A stretch of 64,000 nucleotides of DNA from an uncultured Bacilli bacterium (GCA_934098515.1 CAKOOK010000002.1:18371-82370); one strand, 5' to 3'; shown: positions 10,241-19,500, numbered from the stretch's first letter. Made by a program: numbers and translations. The notes: a model not told the origin generated them from the letters alone.

Positions 10241-10359
10241 GTTCAGTTCTGTTCGGAGCTGTTCAATGTGTTCGCTCCTGTTCAGAGCTGTTCACTTCTG
10301 TTCAGTGGTGTTCAGTTCTGTTCAGAGCTGTTCACTTCTGTTCAAAGCTGTTCAGCCAA
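10241..10359. repeat. Tandem array of 12 x 10-bp units (GTTCAnnnnn) with 40-bp higher-order periodicity
   Basis: GTTCA at 10241, 10251, 10261, 10270, 10280, ... 10350 (step 10, one 9). 20-mer GTTCAGAGCTGTTCACTTCT exact at 10280 and 10320. Confidence 0.85.
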
Positions 10360-10360
10360 A

Positions 10361-11812
10361 TTATTGTTTTATGATATATTTTCCATAAGCGTCATTCTTT
10401 GTAGTACCAGTCCATATTATTAATTCTTTTTCTATTAATCTGTTTAGCAATGCTACAGCAGTAGTTTTACTTCTACCTATTATATTACTAATTTCTTCTC
10501 TTGTTGCTCCATTGTTATTAATAATAAATTCAATTGCTTTTTGCTCAGGATATGTTAATTGATTCCAAATATTTTTTACTGTTTCATTTGATGAAGCATT
10601 GTTTACATTAGATCTATTTTCTATATCATTATCCAAAACAAGCAATACTGAATTACGATCCGGTTCAGAATAATCTGGATCTTTCAAATTATAGTCATGC
10701 ATCTCTTTATAAATTCTTTTTACACCTTCATTTAATTCTCTTACAATGCCAAACTCAACTAATGCTCTTGCAATTTGTGGATTTCTTGAATATCTTTTTA
10801 CCTTCATTGTATCTAATGTTACAAAACCGCCAAGTTTACCAGGAGAAGATATTTCCATTCTATTATTATATATTTTCACTATTATTTGTTCACCACTATT
10901 AGAATAATCTCTATGAGTTACAGCATTAACGATTCCTTCATACCATGCAAATTCCGGATATTCAGGATGTTTTTCAAAAACACCATTTGAATTTAAATAA
11001 CTAAATTCTCTTAATTGCGAATTAATAAAATCCTTGGCTTCATTTAAAATTCTATATAAATTTTTATCAAAAGTCTTTTCTTTTATTACATTCATTGAAG
11101 TTCCAATTTGAAAATCATTACCTTCAAATTTAATTACTCTTAAACGAGAGCAAGGAAAATATATTGATGGATTTTTACCAAATAAAAGCATACCTGCATT
11201 AGTAAATTTTAATTCACCCTTAATTTCTCTAATATAACCTCTTGCTTTTAATACAGAAATATCATCAGCATCTGTATCAATTTTTTTCTTAAAAATACCA
11301 ACTACTTCTGTATCAATATCATCCATGCTAGAATCCCAAACAATTTGATTTTCAAAATTAGTTTCATTTCTATCATATTCTAAACTTTTTATTTGATCAT
11401 ATGTTAGTTTAATAGATGAGTCTCCTTGTCTACAATAAACCTCATCCTTAACGTTTCTAATTACTCTATTCATAGATGGTTCTACGTGATATAAAATTAT
11501 AATATCATCTTCATCTTTAGAATTATTAATATTTATTATCTCACAATTGCAAATTGGTGTCGGCTTTAAGTATGCTGAAACTATTTTCTGTGCTTCGTTT
11601 AATTTATCTATTCCATATTTGTTAAATCCTTCTATTTTTCCATTATCTGCAACACCAAGTGCTACTATTCCTCCTTGAGCATTAGCTAGTGCCATTACCT
11701 CATTAGCAACCGTTTTCAAATCTGTTTTACCAGATTTCCTTTCAAAATATAGATTTTCAGGTTGTTGCAAATATTCTATTGTGATTTTTTTGTTTATTTT
11801 AGATAAAGACAT
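10361..11812 (-). CDS. COG2865-type ATP-binding protein (AlbA_2/Schlafen-like divergent AAA domain + HATPase-like + C-terminal wHTH)
   Basis: 483 aa. N-term FERKSG...ANAQGGIVALGV typical of AlbA_2. C-term ..ATREEISNIIGRSKTTAVALLNRLIEKELI (HTH). Confidence 0.6.
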   Translation of the reverse strand: MSLSKINKKITIEYLQQPENLYFERKSGKTDLKTVANEVMALANAQGGIVALGVADNGKIEGFNKYGIDKLNEAQKIVSAYLKPTPICNCEIININNSKDEDDIIILYHVEPSMNRVIRNVKDEVYCRQGDSSIKLTYDQIKSLEYDRNETNFENQIVWDSSMDDIDTEVVGIFKKKIDTDADDISVLKARGYIREIKGELKFTNAGMLLFGKNPSIYFPCSRLRVIKFEGNDFQIGTSMNVIKEKTFDKNLYRILNEAKDFINSQLREFSYLNSNGVFEKHPEYPEFAWYEGIVNAVTHRDYSNSGEQIIVKIYNNRMEISSPGKLGGFVTLDTMKVKRYSRNPQIARALVEFGIVRELNEGVKRIYKEMHDYNLKDPDYSEPDRNSVLLVLDNDIENRSNVNNASSNETVKNIWNQLTYPEQKAIEFIINNNGATREEISNIIGRSKTTAVALLNRLIEKELIIWTGTTKNDAYGKYIIKQ

Positions 11813-11906
11813 ATTATCACCTCATTAACATTTTATCATAAAAATGAGTTATTTATTCAATTATTAAAATATTTATACTAAATAAATTTTTAATTCTAAT
11901 TTTTTT

Positions 11907-11926
11907 TACCTAAATTGTACCTAAAA
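11907..11926. repeat. 20-bp direct repeat TACCTAAATTGTACCTAAAA, right copy
   Basis: Exact match to 3274-3293, same orientation. Confidence 0.7.
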
Positions 11927-11971
11927 TTATTTTAGCAATACTGATACCTCGTAAGCTCTTATAAAATGGGA

Positions 11972-12110
11972 CCAAAAAATGAGAGCACAGTTAAATGCTC
12001 TCTTCAGGGGGTTTTGGTTGATACACCTTAACATTGAATTCGTTAAGGTTATCAGCATGATATCTCTACCATGCTAAAATAATCATAAACGAATTTTTAA
12101 TCTTTGTCAA
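11972..12110 (-). ncRNA. candidate small RNA (sigma-A promoter + three stem-loops + intrinsic terminator)
   Basis: Minus strand: TTGACA (12109-12104) - 17 nt - TATGAT (12086-12081). Then hairpins AGCATG..CATGCT, CCTTAAC..GTTAAGG, GAGAGCA..TGCTCTC followed by ATTTTTTGG. No ORF. Confidence 0.35.
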
Positions 12111-12230
12111 TCACAATTTTTAATAATTTACAAAATGTTAATTAAAATAGTAAATTCTCTATTCTTTAAAAAACGAGAAATTAGTTTTATAATCCTTTTC
12201 TTTTCTGTCATGAAAGAAAATTAAATAAAA

Positions 12231-12833
12231 TTATTTAACTTTTTTAAGTTCTTCGTAATATAAAATAAATGTTACGTTCATATAAGGAACAAGCCAAATA
12301 TATAAAATTCCTAAAGTAAAAATTCCAAGTAATAACCAGCCAAAGAAACTTAGAACTAACATAAAATAATCCATCTTATATCCATTCATCATTTCCTTAC
12401 TTTTTCTAATGCAATCCATCGGATTCGTATTTCCATCGATCATTAATAAATTTACCATTGAGTAACTTAATGCTGCAATAATACCAGGAATAATAAGAAG
12501 TAATGCCCATAAAGTTGAAAATAGTGAAGTTAAAAACCATACTCCAAATATTGGTCCAAACATCTTGTAATATTGAAACATTCCTTTAATATCACATTCT
12601 TCACCTCTAACAAATTTCATAACATAAGCAGTAGCTCCAAAACTTAGTGGTAACGTAATAATTGTTGATAGCATTTGTGCGCTCGTACTAACATAAATAT
12701 TATCACTATTTACTCCAAAAAATGCTCCAATAAGCGAATTTATCAAAGACACAATAACAAACGGTATTACTAAATCCCACACATGGCCTTTAATCATAGC
12801 TTTAGCTTTTTCTTTTAATTCTTTTCTATTCAT
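12231..12833 (-). CDS. DUF975-family integral membrane protein
   Basis: 200 aa, multi-TM, N-terminal basic stretch. Family call from overall architecture only. Confidence 0.45.
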   Translation of the reverse strand: MNRKELKEKAKAMIKGHVWDLVIPFVIVSLINSLIGAFFGVNSDNIYVSTSAQMLSTIITLPLSFGATAYVMKFVRGEECDIKGMFQYYKMFGPIFGVWFLTSLFSTLWALLLIIPGIIAALSYSMVNLLMIDGNTNPMDCIRKSKEMMNGYKMDYFMLVLSFFGWLLLGIFTLGILYIWLVPYMNVTFILYYEELKKVK

Positions 12834-12869
12834 ATCATCACCAATATAATTATATACAATTCTAAAATT

Positions 12870-14858
12870 CTAAGCAATAGTTAAGTTCTCAAGAATTTCC
12901 TTCTGCACTTTATAATTATCTAAATTCTTATTTTTCAAAAATTCCTCAGCATCACTTTTACATTGCATTAAAATTTTATAATCTCTATTTAAATTTGCAA
13001 TTTTAAAACTCTGCTCACCACTTTGTCTAATTCCAAAAATGTCTCCTCCACCTCTTAGCTTAAAGTCCTGCTCACTAATATAAAATCCATCATTACTCTC
13101 TTCTAAAACTTTTAACCTTTCAGCATCATAATCACTTATCAAATAACAATAACTTTGCATGTCATTTCTACCAACTCTACCTCTTAACTGATGAAGTGTA
13201 GCAAGTCCAAACCTTTCTGCATTAAAGATAACCATCATCGTCGCATTTTTAACATCAACACCAACTTCGATTACCGTTGTTGAAATCAATATCTTAGTAT
13301 CACCGTTTTTAAAACTATTCATTACTTCATCTTTTTGATTAGGTTTCATTCTTCCGTGCAATAAGCCCGTAGGAACCATTCCATTAAATGCTACATCAAA
13401 CTTGTCTTTTAAGGAAGTTACATTCATCTTTTCATCCTCTTCATCATCAATAAGTGGTGCTACGACATATATTTGATGCCCTGCTTTTATTTCATCTAGC
13501 ATTTTCTCTAAAACATTTTTAAGTTCACTATTTTTAAAAATTTTAGTAATAATCTCTTTTCTGCCACCAGGTTTAGTTCTAATTTCTGTAATATCCATAT
13601 CACCATAAATAGTTAAAGCTAGTGTTCTAGGAATTGGTGTTGCACTCATATATAACACGTCAACATCTTTTCCTTTTTCTTGTAAAGTCTGTCTTTGATT
13701 AACACCAAATCTATGTTGCTCATCAGTAATAACAAGCCCAAGATTATTATAAACAAGTTCATCATTAAGTAAAGAATGCGTACCAATTAAAACTTGAGTC
13801 TCACCATTTTTTAAATTCTGTAAAATCTTATTTCTTTCACCTTTTTTAGTTGAACTTGTAAGTAACTGGATATTTAACTTATCTCCAAAAAGACTTTTCA
13901 TATTATTAAAATGTTGTATTGCTAATATTTCTGTCGGTGCCATAAGCACGCCTTGATACCCTGCTAGCATATTCATATAAAGTGCAATAAAAGAAACTAT
14001 CGTCTTACCACTACCAACATCACCTAAGATTAATCTATTCATTTTCTTCTTAGATAAAAAGTCTCCCTTAATATCACTTACTGCCTGCATTTGCCCATCA
14101 GTTAAGTTAAATGGCAAACTACTAATAAAATTATTAACCTTATCTTCATCAAAACTCTTAATGTTAAATTTGCCATCACTTGCATTCTTCTCTTTTAAAT
14201 AACTTACCTTTAACATAAAAGTAAATAGTTCTTCATATATTAAATGCAAATCTGCTTTTTTCAAACTGTTAATATCTTTAGGTTTATGCACATTAGTAAC
14301 CGCTTCTTTTTTATTTATAAAATTGTACTTTTCTATTAAATAATCTGGTACATTACTTTTAATTTCTACTGTATTATCCAAAATCTCATCAACTAATTTT
14401 TTAAAATTGCTTCTCTTTATCCCTTGATTCAAATGATAAACTGGTTCAATCACCGTTTTAGTTATTGGCGTAAGCTTTATATCACTCGCCATAAATGTAT
14501 TAGATTTTCTATTATATTTACCAATTACTGATATATAACTTTTAATTCTAATATTCGGTTTTAAATAAGCCCGATTAAAGATAGTAACATTTACTAGTTC
14601 ACTTCCAGTATTAAATGCAAAAGATAATTTATTAAGATTTTTTCTTATAAAAAATACTTTAACTGCAGACTCAACATATCCAGTAATTGTGCATGTATCG
14701 CCTTCACTAGACTCTCTTAACTTGACTGGTGTATAAACATTATATCTGTAAGGAAAATAATTAATAACATCATCTTTTGTATATAAATTAAGTGCTTTTA
14801 AAGCAAGTAAACTTTTAGGTCCAATTCCTTTTATATCTTCTAGCATTGTAATCACCAT
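12870..14858 (-). CDS. recG: ATP-dependent DNA helicase RecG
   Basis: 662 aa. Wedge domain plus GDVGSGKT Walker A, DEQHRFG, QLRGRVGR. Confidence 0.85.
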   Translation of the reverse strand: MVITMLEDIKGIGPKSLLALKALNLYTKDDVINYFPYRYNVYTPVKLRESSEGDTCTITGYVESAVKVFFIRKNLNKLSFAFNTGSELVNVTIFNRAYLKPNIRIKSYISVIGKYNRKSNTFMASDIKLTPITKTVIEPVYHLNQGIKRSNFKKLVDEILDNTVEIKSNVPDYLIEKYNFINKKEAVTNVHKPKDINSLKKADLHLIYEELFTFMLKVSYLKEKNASDGKFNIKSFDEDKVNNFISSLPFNLTDGQMQAVSDIKGDFLSKKKMNRLILGDVGSGKTIVSFIALYMNMLAGYQGVLMAPTEILAIQHFNNMKSLFGDKLNIQLLTSSTKKGERNKILQNLKNGETQVLIGTHSLLNDELVYNNLGLVITDEQHRFGVNQRQTLQEKGKDVDVLYMSATPIPRTLALTIYGDMDITEIRTKPGGRKEIITKIFKNSELKNVLEKMLDEIKAGHQIYVVAPLIDDEEDEKMNVTSLKDKFDVAFNGMVPTGLLHGRMKPNQKDEVMNSFKNGDTKILISTTVIEVGVDVKNATMMVIFNAERFGLATLHQLRGRVGRNDMQSYCYLISDYDAERLKVLEESNDGFYISEQDFKLRGGGDIFGIRQSGEQSFKIANLNRDYKILMQCKSDAEEFLKNKNLDNYKVQKEILENLTIA

Positions 14859-14885
14859 CTTTTATTATTTTTTTATTAAAAACGC

Positions 14886-15016
14886 TTGACAAAAGTGTCT
14901 CATTCGGTTAGTATATAAATCACCAATTCACTTATAGGCGAATTGGTGCTAGTATCACACTAGCCAACCCCTTTTTATTCTTTGAGGCTGCTTATTAAGC
15001 AGCCTCCATTTTTTTA
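14886..15016 (+). ncRNA. candidate small RNA (plus strand, antisense orientation to flanking genes) with C-rich single-stranded motif
   Basis: TTGACA (14886-14891) - 17 nt - TAGTAT. Hairpins CACCAATTC..GAATTGGTG, CTAGT..ACTAG. ACCCCUUUUU stretch, then GAGGCTGCTTATTAAGCAGCCTC + T7 terminator. Confidence 0.35.
14979..15013. terminator. Bidirectional intrinsic terminator (serves PFOR gene on minus strand and sRNA candidate on plus strand)
   Basis: GAGGCTGCTTATTAAGCAGCCTC flanked by A7 on one side and T7 on the other. Confidence 0.55.
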
Positions 15017-18000
15017 TTTATCTAATAATTTTTTATAATATTCATAACGCTCTTTTGCAGCGTTTTTATTTTTTTCTAATAACACATCTGCTTTTTCTTT
15101 ATCTTTTAAAATTAATGCATTATATCTTACCTCATTACGTAAGAAATCATCATACTTCTCAAAATCAGGTTCTGCACTATCAATATGAAGCTCACCATCA
15201 AAGTATCTCATAAGAGTTACATAACCACACATTACAGCAAGCTTTTCTTCATTAATAGAGTTACTCATACCACCTTTAATTCCCTGCTCAATACAAGGAC
15301 TATAAGCAAGAATAATTGATGGTCCATCATGCTCTTCAGCCTCTTTAATAGTCTTAATCGCCTGCATCATATTAGCACCTAAACTAATCTGACCAACATA
15401 CACATTAGGGTATCCCATACAAATCTTAAATAAATCTTTCTTATAAGTATCCTTACCCATATCAGCAAACTCTGCTACTGCCCCAATATGTGTACTCTTA
15501 CTAGATTGTCCACCGGTATTAGAATAAACTTCAGTATCAAGCACCATAATTCTAACCTTTTTATTACTTGAAAGCACATGATCTAAACCACCAAAACCTA
15601 TATCATAAGCCCAGCCATCTCCACCAATAGTCCATACACTCTTTGGTGTTAAATAATTAACCAAATCAGAAGATACATACTTCTTAGCTTCATCTAATAC
15701 AGCATTAATCTTTTCATAATCATTCTCATTATCTTTAACAAACTTATAAAGATTAGCAGCCGCCTTATTACTCTCAAGCTCCTTAAGTGCTCTAGCATGT
15801 AACTTATCATAAGTTCTTAACATTCCATAGCCATACTCGGCATTATCTTCAAATAAACTACTACCCCAAGAAACATTATATGGCATACTTGGGCAAGATG
15901 CCCCATATATACTAGAACATCCTGTAGCATTTGCAATAACTAATCTCTTACCAACAATCTGCGTTAATAACTTAATATAAGGTGTCTCACCACATCCAGC
16001 ACAAGCTCCAGAAAACTCAAATAATGGTTTCTTCAAAGAAACTCCTTTTATATTATTCGCACTTGTTACATCATTTTCATAATTCTTAAATAAATCATCT
16101 GCTCTTTTTTGATTCTTGTCATCAATTTCTCCCCAAGATAGACACTTAACAGGACATATATTAGAACATAAACCACAAGCCGTGCAATCCCTCTCACTTA
16201 CTGCCACAATAAACTTATTCTTCTTATCTAAGCTATCCTTTGCATCACTTGCATACTTATCATTCTTATCAATTACAAAAGGTCTAATAACAGCATGAGG
16301 ACAAACAATATTACACATACCGCACTCAATACATCTATTCTTATCCCACTTAGGAACCATACTAGCCATGCTTCTCTTCTCTAAAGCACTAGTCCCACCT
16401 CTCGTCGTTCCATCACGCATCTCATAAACATCACGCGTACTTAACTGATTACCTCTTCTAGAATTAATATAATCAAACACTGTATTACCGTACTTCATAT
16501 CATAAGAACTAGCACCATCTATCTTACACTCTTTTAAATAATACTTACTTTCCTTAATACATGAAACATTTGCTTTAACAATATCTTCACCCTTAGTAAA
16601 GAAACGTTTCTTAACATTCTTAATAAGCACTTTCTCATAATCATCAAAACCAAACAAATTTAAGATAGCACTTTCCATAATTAAACTAATCTTACCAGAA
16701 ATACCATACTTACTTGCTAGCATTCCTGCATCAATTAAATACACCTTTATATTATTATCAATTAAGTATTTCTTTACTTCATTTGGTATAAATTTATTAA
16801 ACTCTTCTTCTGTCCTATAAGTATTAACAAGTAAAGTACCGCCTGTAACTAAACCATCTAAACAATCAAACTTCTTAAAATATTCATCTTTAGAAACTAC
16901 AACTAAACTAGGGCTCGTAACATAATAAGGCGCTTTAATTAACTTTTTACTCGTTCTTAAATGAGAAATAGTTACTCCACCACTCTTCTTAGAATCATAC
17001 TCAAAATAACCTTGAACATAACTACTTTCACCAAGTATTTTAAGCATGTCTTTAGACGCACTAACAAGTCCATCAGAACCAAATCCGAATATCTTAAATT
17101 CTTTATAATTCTCTTTATAATTAAACTCGAAATGTTTTAAAGATAAATTAGTAATATCATCATCTATTCCAATAACAAAATTATTTACCAACTTTGTATC
17201 AAGCATCTTATAAACATCATAAATATAACTTGGTGTCGTATTCTTACTAGATAGTCCATATCTTCCATGAACTATCTTTATCTTTTCATCACTAAGAGCA
17301 GATAACACATCTAAATATAAAGGCTCACCAGCACTCCCACTTTCCTTAGTTCTATCTAAAACAGCAATCTTACGCACACTTTTTGGTAATACTTTCTTTA
17401 AATAATCAGCACTAAAAGGTCTATATAAATGAACCTCAATTAAACCATACTCATCATTTTTACACATATCTATTGTATTTTTAATAGTATCACAAACAGA
17501 TCCCATTGCTACAATAACCTTCTTAGCATTCTTACTACCATAATAATTAAAAGGTTTATAACTAGTGCCTGCAATCTTATTAAGCCTCTTCATATAAGTA
17601 TTAACAATATCTGGCATCTTTAAATAATCTTTATTTCTAGCTTCGGTTACTTGAAAATAAATATCCTCATTTTGCGCAGTACCCTTAGTAATCGCCTTAC
17701 CAGAATTAAGTGCTCTATTTCTAAACTCATTAACTTTTTCATAATTAATCATTGACTTAATATCTTTATCACTAATAAGCTCTATTTGGTTATACTCATG
17801 ACTTGTTCTAAAGCCATCAAAGAAATGTAAAAATGGAAGACTTCCCTCAATTGCCGATAAGTGTGCTATCATTGCTAAATTATAAGCGTCCTGCACATTG
17901 GTACTAGCTAAAATACAAAAACCAGTTGCTCTTGTTGCATAAACATCCTGATGATCGCCAAAAATACTAAGTGCATGCGTAGACAAACTTCTTGCCGCAA

Positions 18001-18319
18001 CATGAATAACTCCTGGAAGCATCTCTCCTGCCATCTTATACATATTTGGTATCATTAATAAAAGTCCTTGACTAGCCGTAAAAGTACTAGCTAACACACC
18101 AGCATTAAGTGCTCCATGCATTGCTCCTGCTGCTCCAGCTTCACTTTGCATTTCAATAACATTTACCGTATCTCCAAACACATTCTTTTGGTTCTCACTG
18201 CCCATTAAATCTATTTGACTAGCCATTGGACTAGACGGTGTTATTGGATAAATAAAACTAAGCTCACTAAAATTATAAGCCATCTTAGCACACGCAGTAC
18301 ATCCATCAACAACTTTCAT
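15014..18319 (-). CDS. nifJ: Pyruvate:ferredoxin (flavodoxin) oxidoreductase
   Basis: 1101 aa. N-term ..IYPITPSSPM.., two 4Fe-4S CxxCxxCxxxCP motifs (CIECGMCNIVCP, CTACGLCSNICP), TPP-binding GGDGW. Confidence 0.9.
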   Translation of the reverse strand: MKVVDGCTACAKMAYNFSELSFIYPITPSSPMASQIDLMGSENQKNVFGDTVNVIEMQSEAGAAGAMHGALNAGVLASTFTASQGLLLMIPNMYKMAGEMLPGVIHVAARSLSTHALSIFGDHQDVYATRATGFCILASTNVQDAYNLAMIAHLSAIEGSLPFLHFFDGFRTSHEYNQIELISDKDIKSMINYEKVNEFRNRALNSGKAITKGTAQNEDIYFQVTEARNKDYLKMPDIVNTYMKRLNKIAGTSYKPFNYYGSKNAKKVIVAMGSVCDTIKNTIDMCKNDEYGLIEVHLYRPFSADYLKKVLPKSVRKIAVLDRTKESGSAGEPLYLDVLSALSDEKIKIVHGRYGLSSKNTTPSYIYDVYKMLDTKLVNNFVIGIDDDITNLSLKHFEFNYKENYKEFKIFGFGSDGLVSASKDMLKILGESSYVQGYFEYDSKKSGGVTISHLRTSKKLIKAPYYVTSPSLVVVSKDEYFKKFDCLDGLVTGGTLLVNTYRTEEEFNKFIPNEVKKYLIDNNIKVYLIDAGMLASKYGISGKISLIMESAILNLFGFDDYEKVLIKNVKKRFFTKGEDIVKANVSCIKESKYYLKECKIDGASSYDMKYGNTVFDYINSRRGNQLSTRDVYEMRDGTTRGGTSALEKRSMASMVPKWDKNRCIECGMCNIVCPHAVIRPFVIDKNDKYASDAKDSLDKKNKFIVAVSERDCTACGLCSNICPVKCLSWGEIDDKNQKRADDLFKNYENDVTSANNIKGVSLKKPLFEFSGACAGCGETPYIKLLTQIVGKRLVIANATGCSSIYGASCPSMPYNVSWGSSLFEDNAEYGYGMLRTYDKLHARALKELESNKAAANLYKFVKDNENDYEKINAVLDEAKKYVSSDLVNYLTPKSVWTIGGDGWAYDIGFGGLDHVLSSNKKVRIMVLDTEVYSNTGGQSSKSTHIGAVAEFADMGKDTYKKDLFKICMGYPNVYVGQISLGANMMQAIKTIKEAEEHDGPSIILAYSPCIEQGIKGGMSNSINEEKLAVMCGYVTLMRYFDGELHIDSAEPDFEKYDDFLRNEVRYNALILKDKEKADVLLEKNKNAAKERYEYYKKLLDK

Positions 18320-18373
18320 ATAATCACCATTCCTATATAATAATTATATCTTAAAACCAAAGAAAAACAATAC

Positions 18374-18739
18374 TTAAATCTTTTCATAAAGTATTGTTTC
18401 ACTATTTTCATAAACATAAAATTTACAGTTTACATATTTCTCCATTATACTCTTAAATCCAGCACCAACTAAAGTAAAATCCCCTTGCTTTTTATTAAAC
18501 CACTTTCCCCTATAATAAGGCACCTTTCCACTAACAATAACTGTATCACTATCAAACAAAGAAAATGCATCTATAAACTTTATACTTACATTACTAATAA
18601 AATTAAACAAAGAATTATATAAATACACCTCACAAGGCTTTAACTTATCAAAATACAAAATATTATACTTCACCTTAAACAAACTACTAACCAAATTATT
18701 TTTAGACGTAATATTATATATAATCCTCTTTAATCTCAC
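18374..18739 (-). CDS. hypothetical protein (GTG start; ORF continues upstream without ATG)
   Basis: 121-aa ORF only; no motif recognised. Confidence 0.25.
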   Translation of the reverse strand: MRLKRIIYNITSKNNLVSSLFKVKYNILYFDKLKPCEVYLYNSLFNFISNVSIKFIDAFSLFDSDTVIVSGKVPYYRGKWFNKKQGDFTLVGAGFKSIMEKYVNCKFYVYENSETILYEKI

Positions 18740-18864
18740 ATAATCATATATATGGTTATTTACTATAACATTATCTGGTAATTCCTCTTTAATTATCCTC
18801 TTACTTTTATGAGAATAAATTAAAACATACTCATCAGTAAACTCAAAAGTATAAATAAAATCAC

Positions 18865-19500
18865 CTAAGAAAGTTCTTTAATATTCATACCATATATATT
18901 TTCTGGATTAGTATAAGTTCCATTATGTTCTACTTCAAATAAAAGCATATTACTATAAGTACTATCAATCTTATTTTCACCACTAGTCCCAATAACATCG
19001 CCTTTTTTTAAAGTATCGCCAACCATAACATTAACTTCATTTAAACTTTCATATCTTGTAATTAAGTTATTTGTATGTTTAATAGTTACTACGTTACCTA
19101 ATACTTCATCAGCTACTACATCTTCAACAGTACCATCAGCAACAACTAAAACTTCAAACTCTTCTTTAGCTCCATAAAGCACTCCTGTATTTGGCATATA
19201 AGTATTTTGATAATAAATTATAGATTGCTCTTGTGCCTTACTTTCAGCATCCTTCTCATAAAATCCTTTTACAACAGACACTTCTTCACCACCAAATGGC
19301 TTAATCACCTTTCCATCATCCGTGCTTACTACTGGAACTGTATCATCTATTAAATTTCGGTAAACATAAGACAAGTTATCATTACTATAAACTGAAGCTT
19401 TCAAAACCTTAGCAGTCAAATACAAACTTGAAATAATTGCTCCTACACTTAACAAATAAATACATACTACTACTGAACTTTTTAACTTATATCTTTTCAT
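18865..19500 (-). CDS. M23/LytM-domain membrane-anchored protein (peptidase or degenerate SpoIIQ-like)
   Basis: 211 aa. N-terminal TM helix. C-terminal LytM-like ..VGDTLKKGDVIGTSG.. motif. Adjacent to spoIID. Confidence 0.55.
   Translation of the reverse strand: MKRYKLKSSVVVCIYLLSVGAIISSLYLTAKVLKASVYSNDNLSYVYRNLIDDTVPVVSTDDGKVIKPFGGEEVSVVKGFYEKDAESKAQEQSIIYYQNTYMPNTGVLYGAKEEFEVLVVADGTVEDVVADEVLGNVVTIKHTNNLITRYESLNEVNVMVGDTLKKGDVIGTSGENKIDSTYSNMLLFEVEHNGTYTNPENIYGMNIKELS

Noticed and set aside
10159-10374. 71-aa plus-strand ORF in the track
   Set aside because: It is simply the translation of the 10-bp GTTCA tandem array; no start context and no RBS.
11941-12060. tRNA gene as island integration target next to the right direct repeat
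   Set aside because: No tRNA-like cloverleaf or GTTCGAATC-type T-arm found; the hairpins there fit an sRNA/terminator instead.
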